Shown: positions 29,730 to 39,648 of the stretch, one piece after another | Layout: each line of letters opens with the position of its first letter | How positions within the stretch are numbered: position 1 is the first letter of the stretch | DNA from: an uncultured delta proteobacterium | Lineage (GTDB): Bacteria; Myxococcota_A; Polyangia; Polyangiales; Polyangiaceae | Reading direction: 5' to 3' | Length of the DNA stretch: 64,000 bases | NCBI GenBank assembly: GCA_963850305.1 | Contig: CAWKKR010000001.1 | Coordinates: forward strand, 64,001-128,000 | Translations under genes and position numbers: made by a program | Notes under the pieces: model-generated | The model's database searches: none | What the model saw: the letters and a program-made list of their open reading frames with translations, nothing else | Told to the model about the DNA's origin: nothing

Positions 29730-30866
29730 ATGACCCGTCACCACGACATCGATCTCTCGAAGCTCGCTCCCCAGGCTCAGAGGGTTCTCGCCCCCGGCGC
29801 GCCGCTTCCCGCCAAAATGATGGCAGCGAGCGGCGTCGTTCCCGGGCTTCAGGCCGGCGATGTCGTGTGCGTCGTCACACTTCTCACGGGATCGGACGAA
29901 TCGCAGGTCGCCGCGAAAGCGAAGGAGACTCTCCGGAGGCTTCCCGGACCGATCCTGAATGGTGCCCTCGGGGCGGACCTTCCGGGCTCGGTGCTCGAGC
30001 AACTCGCGGACGCCTACTCGTCCGATGCGGCCGTCGTCACGAAGTTGCTCCGTATGCCCCGCATCGGCGCTCTGGCCCTCGAAATCCTGGCGGAGCGCGC
30101 AGACGAAAGCATCGGCGAGATCGTCGCGACGAATGAACAACGGCTTCTCGAAAACCCTACGGTCATCGAGAAGCTCTACATGAACAAGAGGGTCCGCATG
30201 TCCACCGCGGACCGCATACTCGAGCTCGCCGTTCGCAACGGACTCGAGCTCGCAATCCCCGCGTTCAAGGAGGCCTCCCAGGCGATCAAAAACGAGCTCA
30301 TCCCCGAGCCGGGCCCGGAGCCCACGTTCGAAGACAATATTGCCAAGGAGCTCGACGAGATTGCGTCCAAGCTCGAGCTCGACGCCGCCGTGGAAGACAC
30401 CCACGTCATCGACGAGGAGGGCGAAGAAAAAGTCTCAGAAAAGGTATTGCCTCTCCACGCGCGCCTCGCGGAGATGACCATCGCCCAGAAGATCCGGCGC
30501 GCCACGCTCGGAACATCGGCGGAGCGACTGCTTCTCGTACGCGACAAGAATCGGCTCGTCGCGAGTGCGGCGGTCCAGAGCCCGATGCTCAACGAGCACG
30601 AAGCGGCACGCATCTCTGCAAGCCGACAGGTCTCGGAAGACGTTCTACGCCTCGTCGCGATGAACCGCGAGTGGACGCGGAGCTACCAGATCAAACTGAA
30701 CCTCGTTCAAAATCCAAGGACTCCCTTCTCGTTCGTGTCGCGGCTCATTCCCCAGTTGCACGACCACGACGTGCGCGGGCTGTCCAAAAGTAAGAACGTG
30801 CCCGCGTCGGTCCAGCAGCTTGCCCGGCAGCAGATGTCCCGAAAGCTGGCGGGCAAGAAGGGCTGA
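29730..30866 (+). CDS. conserved hypothetical alpha-helical repeat protein
   Basis: Long ORF; C-terminal QKIRRA...ERLLLVRDKNRLVA...LVQNPRTP...LSKSKNVP pattern familiar from deltaproteobacterial hypotheticals. Confidence 0.8.
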   Translation: MTRHHDIDLSKLAPQAQRVLAPGAPLPAKMMAASGVVPGLQAGDVVCVVTLLTGSDESQVAAKAKETLRRLPGPILNGALGADLPGSVLEQLADAYSSDAAVVTKLLRMPRIGALALEILAERADESIGEIVATNEQRLLENPTVIEKLYMNKRVRMSTADRILELAVRNGLELAIPAFKEASQAIKNELIPEPGPEPTFEDNIAKELDEIASKLELDAAVEDTHVIDEEGEEKVSEKVLPLHARLAEMTIAQKIRRATLGTSAERLLLVRDKNRLVASAAVQSPMLNEHEAARISASRQVSEDVLRLVAMNREWTRSYQIKLNLVQNPRTPFSFVSRLIPQLHDHDVRGLSKSKNVPASVQQLARQQMSRKLAGKKG

Positions 30867-31011
30867 ATTCGGGTCGCAGACGCCGGCCCGCCGGGGAGAA
30901 TCATCGCGTGCCGCCGTAGATCAGCGAAGTTCACCACTTTGGTGGAACCCACAACAGTTTCTCAATAATTCGCTTTTATCGTGGCGCGACTCGAATTCGG
31001 AGGTGATCGCG

Positions 31012-31266
31012 ATGAATCCCTGGAAAGTCTCCACGCTCGTTCTCACGGTTGTTCTCGGTGGCGTGATGTCACTGGATCTCGTTCAGGTCGCTCAGGCGTT
31101 CGAGCAGCCCCGCATGCGAGCGGCCGAAGAAGCGTTGCATCGCGCGAAGGACGATGTGGTCCACGCTGAACACGACAAAGGCTGGCACAGGGCAAAGGCG
31201 ATCGAGGCCATCGATAGGGCGATCGCCGAGGTGCACGCCGGCATCGAGTACGCCGATCACCACTGA
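31012..31266 (+). CDS. small secreted His-rich helical protein
   Basis: GGAGG RBS, signal peptide ending AQA|F, then QPRM..A...L..A......A.HDKGWHR..A...I..AI.EV.AGI. Confidence 0.75.
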   Translation: MNPWKVSTLVLTVVLGGVMSLDLVQVAQAFEQPRMRAAEEALHRAKDDVVHAEHDKGWHRAKAIEAIDRAIAEVHAGIEYADHH

Positions 31267-31382
31267 CTGATCGACTGTTCTCCGAGCTCCGACTCTGTCG
31301 AGCAAGGCCGGCCGGGAGTCCTTCCGATCGCCTAATCAGCAGGCCACGAAACCGCCGCCGGGGGGCCTTTGCGCACCGGGTA

Positions 31383-31847
31383 CTAGCGCCTGCTTCGGCC
31401 GCCGGACCGGGGCTTCCTCGGTAAGTGAGCATGGGACGGCTCATCGGGGAGTGCCGCAGCCGCGACATCGCCTGACAGCACCCCCTTCGCGCCCAGGAGA
31501 CGCTCGGACAATCGTTTGATGTCGGCGGCGGGACCGCGCGCGGCGATCACCTCCATGCAGTGATCGTGGTCGAGGTGCACGTGCAGTGTCGAAATGATGC
31601 GCGAGCCGAAGTCATGCTGGATCTCGGTCAATCGCTCCGTCAATTCACGGACGTGGTGATCATAGATCAGCGTCACCGTCGCGACAATCTTGCCGCCGGA
31701 CTCCCAGGTATCGCGGTCGAGCTCGTGCCGAACTAGGTCGCGCAGGGCCTCCGAGCGATTGGCGAACCCGCGGCGGTCAATCATCTCGTCGAAGCGGCCA
31801 AGGAGTTCCTCCTCCATGGCGACGCCGAACCGAACCAGCTTCGTCAT
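31383..31847 (-). CDS. nikR: nickel-responsive regulator
   Basis: RFGVAM RHH, NRSEALRDL, YDHH, HVHLDHDHCMEV nickel site. Confidence 0.95.
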   Translation of the reverse strand: MTKLVRFGVAMEEELLGRFDEMIDRRGFANRSEALRDLVRHELDRDTWESGGKIVATVTLIYDHHVRELTERLTEIQHDFGSRIISTLHVHLDHDHCMEVIAARGPAADIKRLSERLLGAKGVLSGDVAAAALPDEPSHAHLPRKPRSGGRSRR

Positions 31848-31854
31848 GAGGAAA

Positions 31855-32685
31855 CTATTGTTCCTGAACGTCGGGACGCGACGCAAGCTTCGATGCGCGC
31901 AGCGCCTCCTGACGCTTGACCTTGGCAGGGTCGACGAGAAACGCGGTCATTCGCTCCTTCTTCTCGAATGCTTCCTTGTATTTCTCCGCGCTGAACTTCG
32001 TCTTGAACGGACCAATTCGGACTCGCTGCCACAGCCCCCGATCAGCAACGTATGCAGGTTGTCGATACGCCCGATGCCCTCGCTTTAGCAGCGCTTCCAC
32101 GAAGCGATCAGCCTCCGCTTGATCCTTGAAGCTCGCGACCTGGAGCTGGTACCCCCCGTCACCCCCCGGCATGACCGATATCGGGGCGTCGATCCTGGAC
32201 ATTTCGGTCGCGAGCGTCGTGAGCGGGTCCCTGGGCTCCTCCGTCACCGAACTTTGATCGAGGAGGGTGCCGGCAGGGAGCGGCACGACCGCCAGCCTGT
32301 CCGCCGGCGGCGGTGGCGCGATTGGTGAGACCGCTTCCGGCGCTACGCCGGGTTCGACCAGATGCCCGCGTTCGTCCTTGACTGCGGCAAGAGCAGTGGT
32401 CGGACGCTCGGAATCACTGAGAATCGAGGGGAATGTAACCTCGGACGGGCGCACGGCCTCGGGGGGCGTCGCTTCGGGACGCTTCGCCTTCGCAAGGAGC
32501 GCGGCCAGCGGATCCGCTTGCGACTGCGTCGGCGGAGCGGATTGTTTCATCGATAGCGTGGCCGCTATCACGAGCGCAGCTCCGCCGATGCCGGCGAGAA
32601 ACACGGTCGCGACGCGCATCGAACGGCTGCCGTCGGAGTCGGCTTCCTGGATCTGTTCGAGGTTTCGCACGTTGACGGAGTCCAT
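31855..32685 (-). CDS. SPOR-domain membrane protein
   Basis: N-terminal TM, Pro-rich linker, YQLQVASF...A...L...G...WQRVRIGPF. Confidence 0.88.
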   Translation of the reverse strand: MDSVNVRNLEQIQEADSDGSRSMRVATVFLAGIGGAALVIAATLSMKQSAPPTQSQADPLAALLAKAKRPEATPPEAVRPSEVTFPSILSDSERPTTALAAVKDERGHLVEPGVAPEAVSPIAPPPPADRLAVVPLPAGTLLDQSSVTEEPRDPLTTLATEMSRIDAPISVMPGGDGGYQLQVASFKDQAEADRFVEALLKRGHRAYRQPAYVADRGLWQRVRIGPFKTKFSAEKYKEAFEKKERMTAFLVDPAKVKRQEALRASKLASRPDVQEQ

Positions 32686-32877
32686 GGCAGGAACGGCGTA
32701 CGCCTCGCCGGCAATTCCGGCCAAGTTTGCAGGCGCGGCCCCAGCGCGCCCTCAATCCCGCGGATCGCCCGAGTCGACACGGCGTTTCGTCTTCACTGCT
32801 GGGCCAGGCGTGGCGAAACACGCCCTCGCGCTACCGCTCTGATCCCCGGTGCAGATTGTCTCCGCGGTGCACTGCGT

Positions 32878-34158
32878 CTAGACGGCGCGGCAACGGAATC
32901 CGCTGAGGAGTCGTTCCAGTTGCACGGCCTTCCAGCGCGTTTCGGCGACCTCGAGTGCGGGGCTACTTTTCGCCACGATACCTCCGCCCGCAAAATAGTG
33001 TCCGATACCATCTCGAACGGTCAACGTGCGGATGGCCATCGCGAGACGGAGCGAGGCGTCATGACGGAGAGCTCCGAAGGCCCCCGTGTAAAGCCCCCGG
33101 CGAGCGGCCTCGAGCGTCGCGATGACCTCCATTGCGCGAATCTTCGGCGCGCCGGTCACGCTGCCACTCGGGAGCATTGCATCAAGGAGCTGCGCGCGGC
33201 CAACCCCGGCGCGAAGACGCGCCGCGACGGCCTGCAACCGATGATGCACGCTGCCGTGCGCCTCGACCCGCGCCGGTCCGCGGAGCCTGACGGAACCCGT
33301 GCGCGCTACACGGCCCAGGTCGTTCCGCTCGACGTCGACGACCATGGATAGCTCCGCGCGCTCTTTGGAATCGGAATCCAAAGCCAGCGCGAGAGCGCCG
33401 TCGGTCGTTCTATCTTCGCCGCGCGGCCGCGTGCCCTTGATCGGCACGGTGACCATCCGGCCATCGGGGGCGAGGTCGAGGAACATTTCGGGCGACGAGC
33501 TCGCCACCGTGAGACCGTCGACAGCAAATGCCGCCGCGAACCGGGCTGGAGTCCGAGCCGTGAGTCCTTCAACCAGATCCACGGCCCGCGCGGACACCCG
33601 AAAATCGAATCGTCTCGAAAGGTTGACCTGATAGATTTGACCCTCGGCAATGAGTTCGATGGCGTGTTCGATCCGGGCACCGTGAAGTGCGTCCTCCTCG
33701 CTTTCCAATCGTACGAGGCCGACGTCGCCTCCGCATCGCGACCCCGAACGGATTCGTGCCGCGAGGGACGTCACGCGATCCTCGTCGTCGCCCGCAACGA
33801 GCACATCGTCGCCCACGCGCGCGACAGCGCCGAACCGATACCAGATCACCTCGGACATATGTGGAGCGGCACGTTCCTCGTGACGCGCGCGCCCGGCTCG
33901 CTCGAGCCCGCGGCAAGCCTCATATGGCAGGAGACCGATCCATCGAGGGAACGTCCCGAGTGTCGACTCGGACGGGCCGAGCGACAGTGACGGCTCGGGG
34001 TCGAAAGCAAAAGACCGTGCGATCGGATCGCAGGCGATGTACGACGGCTCACCATCCACGGCGCTCCAGAGAAAAGCGAATCCCGGCTCTTCCGCCACCG
34101 TCCGGGCCACGAGCAGCGGATCCGGAGCGACATCGACTCGACGAGCAAAGAGTTTCAT
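32878..34158 (-). CDS. pabB: aminodeoxychorismate synthase component I (chorismate-binding family)
   Basis: YQVNLS, SSPEMFL, PIKGT (PabB-type Lys), KERAEL.MVVD.ERND, SVTGAPK, RGLYTG, AGGGIV. Confidence 0.8.
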   Translation of the reverse strand: MKLFARRVDVAPDPLLVARTVAEEPGFAFLWSAVDGEPSYIACDPIARSFAFDPEPSLSLGPSESTLGTFPRWIGLLPYEACRGLERAGRARHEERAAPHMSEVIWYRFGAVARVGDDVLVAGDDEDRVTSLAARIRSGSRCGGDVGLVRLESEEDALHGARIEHAIELIAEGQIYQVNLSRRFDFRVSARAVDLVEGLTARTPARFAAAFAVDGLTVASSSPEMFLDLAPDGRMVTVPIKGTRPRGEDRTTDGALALALDSDSKERAELSMVVDVERNDLGRVARTGSVRLRGPARVEAHGSVHHRLQAVAARLRAGVGRAQLLDAMLPSGSVTGAPKIRAMEVIATLEAARRGLYTGAFGALRHDASLRLAMAIRTLTVRDGIGHYFAGGGIVAKSSPALEVAETRWKAVQLERLLSGFRCRAV

Positions 34159-35045
34159 CGATCCACCGGAACGACTTGCCCCGCGGTAGTGACAACAGCA
34201 TTGCTCAAGGGCGCCCGCACGACCGCGCCCGGCCAGATGACGACTCGCTCGACGAGCCCGTGACCCTCGAGCGTCGCACCAGCGCCGATCACCGAGTCGC
34301 GGACATTCACGCCGGGTGCCACGCGGGCGCGAGCATGCACCCACGCCGCGGACTGACCGGCCACGAGCTCGAGCCAGTCGAGATTTGCGGCGTGATACGC
34401 CGCAACGGTGCCGATGTCCGTCCATCCGCCAAGCAGCGTCACCGAGGCGATCCGTTCGCCCCGGGCGAGCGCAGGTATCGCGACGTCGGCGACCAGGCAG
34501 CCTCGCGCAGGTAACGCTTCGAGCGCACGCGAGCCGAGCGCGGCGATGCCGACGTAGTCTCCGCCGCTATCCTCGCGGCCAACGCCGACGCAGCGCAGTC
34601 GAACGACGCGGCCAGTCTCGTCGAGCCCGACCGTTCCCGCGCCACGAGCGCGCCTGGCGACGAGAAGCACAAGACCGCCGTCCTCTTCCGCGCGCGTCGC
34701 GAGTTCCAGTATGGGGGGCTCGGCCAAGACATCCCCATTCCAGACTATGACTGGACCCGCGCCGAGCAGCGCCCGCGCACCAGCAATCCCTCCCGCCGTT
34801 CCGCGGATATCGACTTCATGTATAAGATGAATTTTTCTGGATAAAGAGTCGATAGCACCAGCAAAATGTTCGTGCCGATGATGCGTATTCACGACGATTT
34901 CCGAGACGCTCCCGCGTCCCAGGCGGTCGGCGATATGCGCCAGGACGGGCCGATCGCCAAGGGGCACGAGCGGCTTCGGGACCTCGTCGGTGAGCGGCCG
35001 GAGTCGAGTACCGAAACCAGCGGCCAGGATCATCGCTCGAGACAT
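34155..35045 (-). CDS. NDP-sugar pyrophosphorylase family nucleotidyltransferase (MurU/GMPP-like)
   Basis: AMILAAGFGTRLRPLT..PKPL, GTAGG, NGD, WTDIGT, short C-terminal beta-helix. Confidence 0.88.
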   Translation of the reverse strand: MSRAMILAAGFGTRLRPLTDEVPKPLVPLGDRPVLAHIADRLGRGSVSEIVVNTHHRHEHFAGAIDSLSRKIHLIHEVDIRGTAGGIAGARALLGAGPVIVWNGDVLAEPPILELATRAEEDGGLVLLVARRARGAGTVGLDETGRVVRLRCVGVGREDSGGDYVGIAALGSRALEALPARGCLVADVAIPALARGERIASVTLLGGWTDIGTVAAYHAANLDWLELVAGQSAAWVHARARVAPGVNVRDSVIGAGATLEGHGLVERVVIWPGAVVRAPLSNAVVTTAGQVVPVDR

Positions 35046-35126
35046 GGCTGCGCCCGTCTTGCCCCGACCGAGCCCACTTCGCAAGAAACTCGCCCGCACC
35101 GGAAGAGCCATGGTACCCGCGCCGAG

Positions 35127-35576
35127 ATGCCAGGTCGCGGCGGTCCCGCGCTTCTTCTTGCGCTCGCGCTAGCCGGTACGGCGTCCTGCGGCACTCATGC
35201 CGTCGGGGTCTCGGACTGCGCGGCTATCGAAAAAGCGCGCTGTATCGCGGCGCGCGGCTGCAATGACGGCCTTGATACGACTTCCGCCCAAGCCGAATGC
35301 GAGCGCTTCTCCCATGACAATTGCTTGCACGGACTCGAGGCAACCGAGGTGCCGCGCACCAGCGACTTGAACGCGTGCGTCGCGGACATCCAGGCCGCCG
35401 GGGATTGCGCAGCAACGAGTGGGGCGAAGCTCCACGCGACGGACTGCGTCGCAATTGGTGGAGTGCTCGCGAATTCCAGAACGACGGTTTGCGATGTCGT
35501 CGCGAGCCCGGAAAATACGTCGTCTTGCTCCTTCTTGTTGCCCACGGCCTCACCCGTCGATGCAGGCGCGGATTGA
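35127..35576 (+). CDS. Cys-rich lipoprotein
   Basis: LLLALALAGTAS|C lipobox and about 10 further Cys. Confidence 0.75.
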   Translation: MPGRGGPALLLALALAGTASCGTHAVGVSDCAAIEKARCIAARGCNDGLDTTSAQAECERFSHDNCLHGLEATEVPRTSDLNACVADIQAAGDCAATSGAKLHATDCVAIGGVLANSRTTVCDVVASPENTSSCSFLLPTASPVDAGAD

Positions 35577-36118
35577 TGGGGATTCCATTCCGCGCTGGGC
35601 TGCTGGCGCTACCCCTCGTGGTCGGCGCGGTCGGATGTGCCGCGGGGCAGCCGGAAGCTCAGGCACCAATCCTCCGCGAAACTCCGGAGGACGAAGTCCT
35701 GCAGGTGGCGAAGAAATGGGTGTCGAGCACCGAGGACAAGGGCTTCCGAGGCGCGCCGAGCCGCATCACGGTCTTCTCGGCAAGAACGACAAGCACCATC
35801 ACCCTCCACCCAGGGGGGGCGACCGCCTCGGAGGACCTGACCTTCTCCGAGTCGTTCAAGCTCACAGACAGCTCCGAGTTCCGATGCCAATCGCACGCGA
35901 CCGTCGAAGTACCCTTGGCCTTCGGTGACCATGCCGGCGAGGCGGGCATCGAACTCCGGCGCCCTGCCCTCCACCTTGCGAGAACGTGCGACAGACCTGG
36001 GTTCCCCGAGCCGACGCTCGACCTCGCGGCGACCAACGCTCGTTTCGTGCTGCGGGGCGACCAGCTGGTTCCGATCGAGCCGCCGACGGAGGCTCGTGTC
36101 TACCTGCCCGTCCCCTGA
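35576..36118 (+). CDS. lipoprotein, beta-rich
   Basis: LPLVVGAVG|C lipobox; TGATG overlap with the previous gene. Confidence 0.72.
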   Translation: MGIPFRAGLLALPLVVGAVGCAAGQPEAQAPILRETPEDEVLQVAKKWVSSTEDKGFRGAPSRITVFSARTTSTITLHPGGATASEDLTFSESFKLTDSSEFRCQSHATVEVPLAFGDHAGEAGIELRRPALHLARTCDRPGFPEPTLDLAATNARFVLRGDQLVPIEPPTEARVYLPVP

Positions 36119-36185
36119 GGCGACCATCCGGGACCGAAGCGTCTCTCTTTCCAACGCGCGCCCGTGCAATGCTAGGGCGTTGCGG

Positions 36186-37148
36186 ATGAGTCGCTTCTCG
36201 GTCCCCCTCGGCGGGGCGCTTCTGCTCCTTGGCTGCACGAACTCCGACGTCGCGACCACGGCCCCGATTCCGGCGACGGCGGTTGCGATCGACCCGACAC
36301 GATTTCTCGATGGGGTCTCGTGCGTCGACGCCCCGGGCGCCATGCGCGTCTACGTTGCGACGCTCACCGACGTGTCTCCGCTGACGGTGGTCGCACCTTC
36401 CGCGGATGGAGGGAACACGCAGATCGTGCTCCCGAGTTCGGCACCCACCCCTTGTTACGAGGAAGTCGTCTTCGAACGCATCGTCGTGGGGCGCGAGTAC
36501 GTCGCCGACATACAGGGCTACGACCGCGCCGATATCGAACCGCTCGGCTGCCCCAAGAACGCCAATGATGTCACCAATTGCGCGGGAAGCCCGGTAATGG
36601 TTACCCGCGCGACCGGCGATTATGTGGCACCGCGCTGGACCACCTCGTGCGGTAGGCATCCGGTCGTCGAAGACGCAGGACCGATAGCCCCTCCACCCCC
36701 AGGCTTCGATGCAGGGTTTCGATACCTGGCATGTTCCGCACCGCCCTATCGCGATGGCGGCAAGCCGCAACTCGACGGCCCGGTCTGCGCTGAGACCGAG
36801 GACACCGTCGTAGTCGGCGGATGCGCGCCTCTGGTCGCCGCGTCCTCGTCACCGACGGGAGTGACGGTGGATCTCACCGACGCGCTCGGCGGCCAATCGT
36901 GCCAGATCAGCGGGGTGAGCGTGTTCTCGGCCAACATCGAAGGAGCGGGAGCTTCCACCGCGAACGCGGCTTGCGGAGCGTCCGCCGAATTCGACGGCCT
37001 GACGCCTGGCCAGGGGTACACGTTCGCCGTCACGGCAGCATCCGGCGACGCTGGCCCTCGTCTCGGCACGACGTGTTTCGCGACCGCCGTCATCGGGGCC
37101 GTCGTCCGCGCTGCGTGCGACCCGTTCGTTGCGCTGAACGCCGACTAG
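36186..37148 (+). CDS. Cys-rich lipoprotein
   Basis: GALLLLG|C lipobox, many Cys, DAG/DGG motifs, FN3-like FDGLTPGQGYTFAV. Confidence 0.75.
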   Translation: MSRFSVPLGGALLLLGCTNSDVATTAPIPATAVAIDPTRFLDGVSCVDAPGAMRVYVATLTDVSPLTVVAPSADGGNTQIVLPSSAPTPCYEEVVFERIVVGREYVADIQGYDRADIEPLGCPKNANDVTNCAGSPVMVTRATGDYVAPRWTTSCGRHPVVEDAGPIAPPPPGFDAGFRYLACSAPPYRDGGKPQLDGPVCAETEDTVVVGGCAPLVAASSSPTGVTVDLTDALGGQSCQISGVSVFSANIEGAGASTANAACGASAEFDGLTPGQGYTFAVTAASGDAGPRLGTTCFATAVIGAVVRAACDPFVALNAD

Positions 37149-37246
37149 CGTGCGCCACGGGGTCCGCAGGTCCGAATTCGCGGGCAGAACGCCTGGAACC
37201 GAGCCATGGTTGCTCAGGTCGCCCCGCGCGATTACGAAATGAGCGA

Positions 37247-38071
37247 ATGCCACCGAACGACTTCACTCCGCGCAGTCTCGGCCTTATGAAGCCAGGGCCC
37301 GTCGTGACTGCGGCCATGGTGGCGCTCGGAGCCATCTGGCTGATGTTCGCCGTGGCCATCAACTGGGGCGGAGCAACGGAGGAGCTGTTCCTCCTGTTTT
37401 GCGGCAACACCGAGCGGATCCTGCATGGCCAGGTCTGGCGGCTGTTCACCGCGCCATTGATGCACATGCCGAGCGGCACCATCTGGCACATCCTGTTCGC
37501 GATCCTGGGGCTGCTATTTCTCGCACCTCCCCTCGAAGAACGCTGGGGAACGGGGCGGACGATTCGCTTCCTGATTTTCTCAGGCGTCATTGCGTACGCG
37601 TTTCAGATGCTGCTCGAACTCGTGCTTCCCGGGACCCTGGCGCGCCGATTCGTCGGGCACTACTGGTTCGGGTCGCTTCCGGTTCTCGAGGCCGTGGCCG
37701 TCGCGTGGGCGCTGAGCTTCAAGGGCCAGACCGTGCGGCTGTGGTTCGTTCTGCCGGTGACGTCTACAATGATGTTGATGTTCATCTTCGCAATGAGTGC
37801 CCTCAGCATCGTGGCGGACGCGAGCGGACCGGAGGGGCTGCTTTCGCCGTTCGGGGGCATGTTCGCGGGATGGCTTCTCGGCGGCAGCACGCCGTCACCT
37901 CTCCGGCGCGCTTATCTCAAATTGAAGCTGGCCCAGCTCGATCATGAGGCCGCGCGAGGAACGCGGGGAGCAGCGCTCCGCCGCAAAGAGTCCCAGCTTC
38001 GCGTCATCGAGGGCGGCCGCGGGCGCTCGGACGGCGATGACGGGCGCGGCGGCGGCCGCATGCTTCATTGA
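37247..38071 (+). CDS. rhomboid-family membrane protein, probably catalytically inactive
   Basis: GQVWRLFT..LMH, HILF, LEERWG, WFVLPV; C-terminal LRVIEGG...MLH tail. Catalytic GxS and His motifs not seen. Confidence 0.8.
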   Translation: MPPNDFTPRSLGLMKPGPVVTAAMVALGAIWLMFAVAINWGGATEELFLLFCGNTERILHGQVWRLFTAPLMHMPSGTIWHILFAILGLLFLAPPLEERWGTGRTIRFLIFSGVIAYAFQMLLELVLPGTLARRFVGHYWFGSLPVLEAVAVAWALSFKGQTVRLWFVLPVTSTMMLMFIFAMSALSIVADASGPEGLLSPFGGMFAGWLLGGSTPSPLRRAYLKLKLAQLDHEAARGTRGAALRRKESQLRVIEGGRGRSDGDDGRGGGRMLH

Positions 38072-38118
38072 ACCGTCGGCGCTTGCCGTCTCGGGCGCGC
38101 TGATTTACGACTCACCGG

Positions 38119-38670
38119 ATGCGCGTCGTGCTCGACCCGAGTGACGTCGCACGCGGGCTCCGCCGCGTCGCGGGGGAGATCGTGGAGCGCAATCGAGGAA
38201 GCCACGACCTCGTCATCATCGGCGTGCGGCGAGGCGGAGTGCCCATCGCGGACGCGGTGGCCAGCTGGGTTCGCGAAATCGATGGACACCACGTTCCGGA
38301 AGGCAGCGTGGACATCACCCTTTATCGGGACGACGCAGCGACCGCGCTCCCGAATCCTCGCATCGGAGCAAGCGCCGTCCCATGCAGTCTCGAAGACAAG
38401 AACGTCGTACTCGTGGACGACGTCATCTACACCGGGCGGACCATCCGGGCGGCGCTCGACGCCCTGATGGACTATGGCCGCCCCCGTCGTATCGAGCTCG
38501 CCGCCTTGGTCGATCGTCGGGGGCGCGAACTGCCGATTCAACCCGACTATGTCGTTCGAGTGCTCGAGATAGGCGGTCACGAGCGCGTCGATGTCATCGT
38601 CGACGAAGCCGGACTCCGTGCGATCGTCCAACCCAGATCCGCACCGACAACCCCTCCTTCGTCATCATGA
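38119..38670 (+). CDS. pyrR: PyrR pyrimidine regulator / uracil phosphoribosyltransferase
   Basis: [32 protein letters not shown]. Confidence 0.95.
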   Translation: MRVVLDPSDVARGLRRVAGEIVERNRGSHDLVIIGVRRGGVPIADAVASWVREIDGHHVPEGSVDITLYRDDAATALPNPRIGASAVPCSLEDKNVVLVDDVIYTGRTIRAALDALMDYGRPRRIELAALVDRRGRELPIQPDYVVRVLEIGGHERVDVIVDEAGLRAIVQPRSAPTTPPSSS

Positions 38671-39608
38671 ACGAGCCGCGACTGCGCCACCTGTTGTCGA
38701 TAAGCGACATCGACCGCGCGACAGCTGAGCGGATCCTAGCCACTGCTCGCGCCTTCCAGGAGGTTGCACGTCGCCCGGTGAAGAAGGTGCCTACACTGCG
38801 GGGCAAGACGGTCGTGAACCTTTTCTACGAAGCTTCGACGCGGACGCGAACGTCGTTCGAGCTAGCCGGGAAGCGATTGAGCGCCGACGTCGTGAACGTC
38901 AGTGGATCGTCGTCGAGCGTGAGCAAGGGAGAGACGCTCGGTGATACCGTTCGCACACTGGACGCGATGCACCCGGACGTCATCGTGATCCGGCATTCTG
39001 CCTCGGGCGCGGCGGCGTACGTCGCATCTCGCACTCGAGCGGCCGTGATCAACGCGGGTGACGGCCTCCACCAGCATCCCACACAGGCGCTCCTCGACGC
39101 CTTCACGATCGAATCCCACAAGGGGAAGCTCGAAGGCCTGACGATCGCAATCTGCGGCGACATCCTGCACAGCAGGGTCGCGCGTTCGAACGCCGAGCTC
39201 TTGCCGATGCTTGGAGCCAAAGTTCGACTCGCCGGGCCTCGGACGCTCCTCCCGAGAAGCTTGGAAACGCTCGGGTGTGAAGTCCACGACCGAGTGGAGC
39301 CAGCGCTCGTGGCCGCCGACGTCGTCATGATGCTCCGCATTCAGCGCGAACGACTCGGCGGCGCTTATTTCCCGACCCTCCGGGAGTACTCGCGCGTTTA
39401 CGGCTTGAATAGAAGCCGGCTCTCGCTCGCCAAGGCAGACGCGTTGGTGATGCATCCTGGGCCCTTGAACCGTGGCGTGGAGATCGCCGATGACGTCGCC
39501 GATGGCGCTCAAAGCGTCATCCTCGAACAGGTCGAGTCCGGCATCGCTATACGGATGGCCGCTCTGTATCTTGCAGCGAACGAACCCGACGCACCGGAAC
39601 CGCTCTAA
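38667..39608 (+). CDS. pyrB: aspartate carbamoyltransferase catalytic subunit
   Basis: [40 protein letters not shown]. Confidence 0.97.
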   Translation: MNEPRLRHLLSISDIDRATAERILATARAFQEVARRPVKKVPTLRGKTVVNLFYEASTRTRTSFELAGKRLSADVVNVSGSSSSVSKGETLGDTVRTLDAMHPDVIVIRHSASGAAAYVASRTRAAVINAGDGLHQHPTQALLDAFTIESHKGKLEGLTIAICGDILHSRVARSNAELLPMLGAKVRLAGPRTLLPRSLETLGCEVHDRVEPALVAADVVMMLRIQRERLGGAYFPTLREYSRVYGLNRSRLSLAKADALVMHPGPLNRGVEIADDVADGAQSVILEQVESGIAIRMAALYLAANEPDAPEPL

Positions 39609-39648
39609 CCGCGGCTCATCGGTTCGGGGCGGCGTCCGCGGGCCACAC

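Noticed and set aside
30930..31000. NikR operator upstream of the His-rich gene
   Set aside because: Only a short imperfect palindrome; no GTATGA-N16-TCATAC-like site.
34811..34870. AT-rich patch inside the NDP-sugar synthase gene
   Set aside because: The reading frame is intact and no clear promoter consensus is present; too weak to call.
38072..38118. PyrR attenuator upstream of pyrR-pyrB
   Set aside because: Only 47 bp, with no PyrR binding-loop consensus and no terminator.
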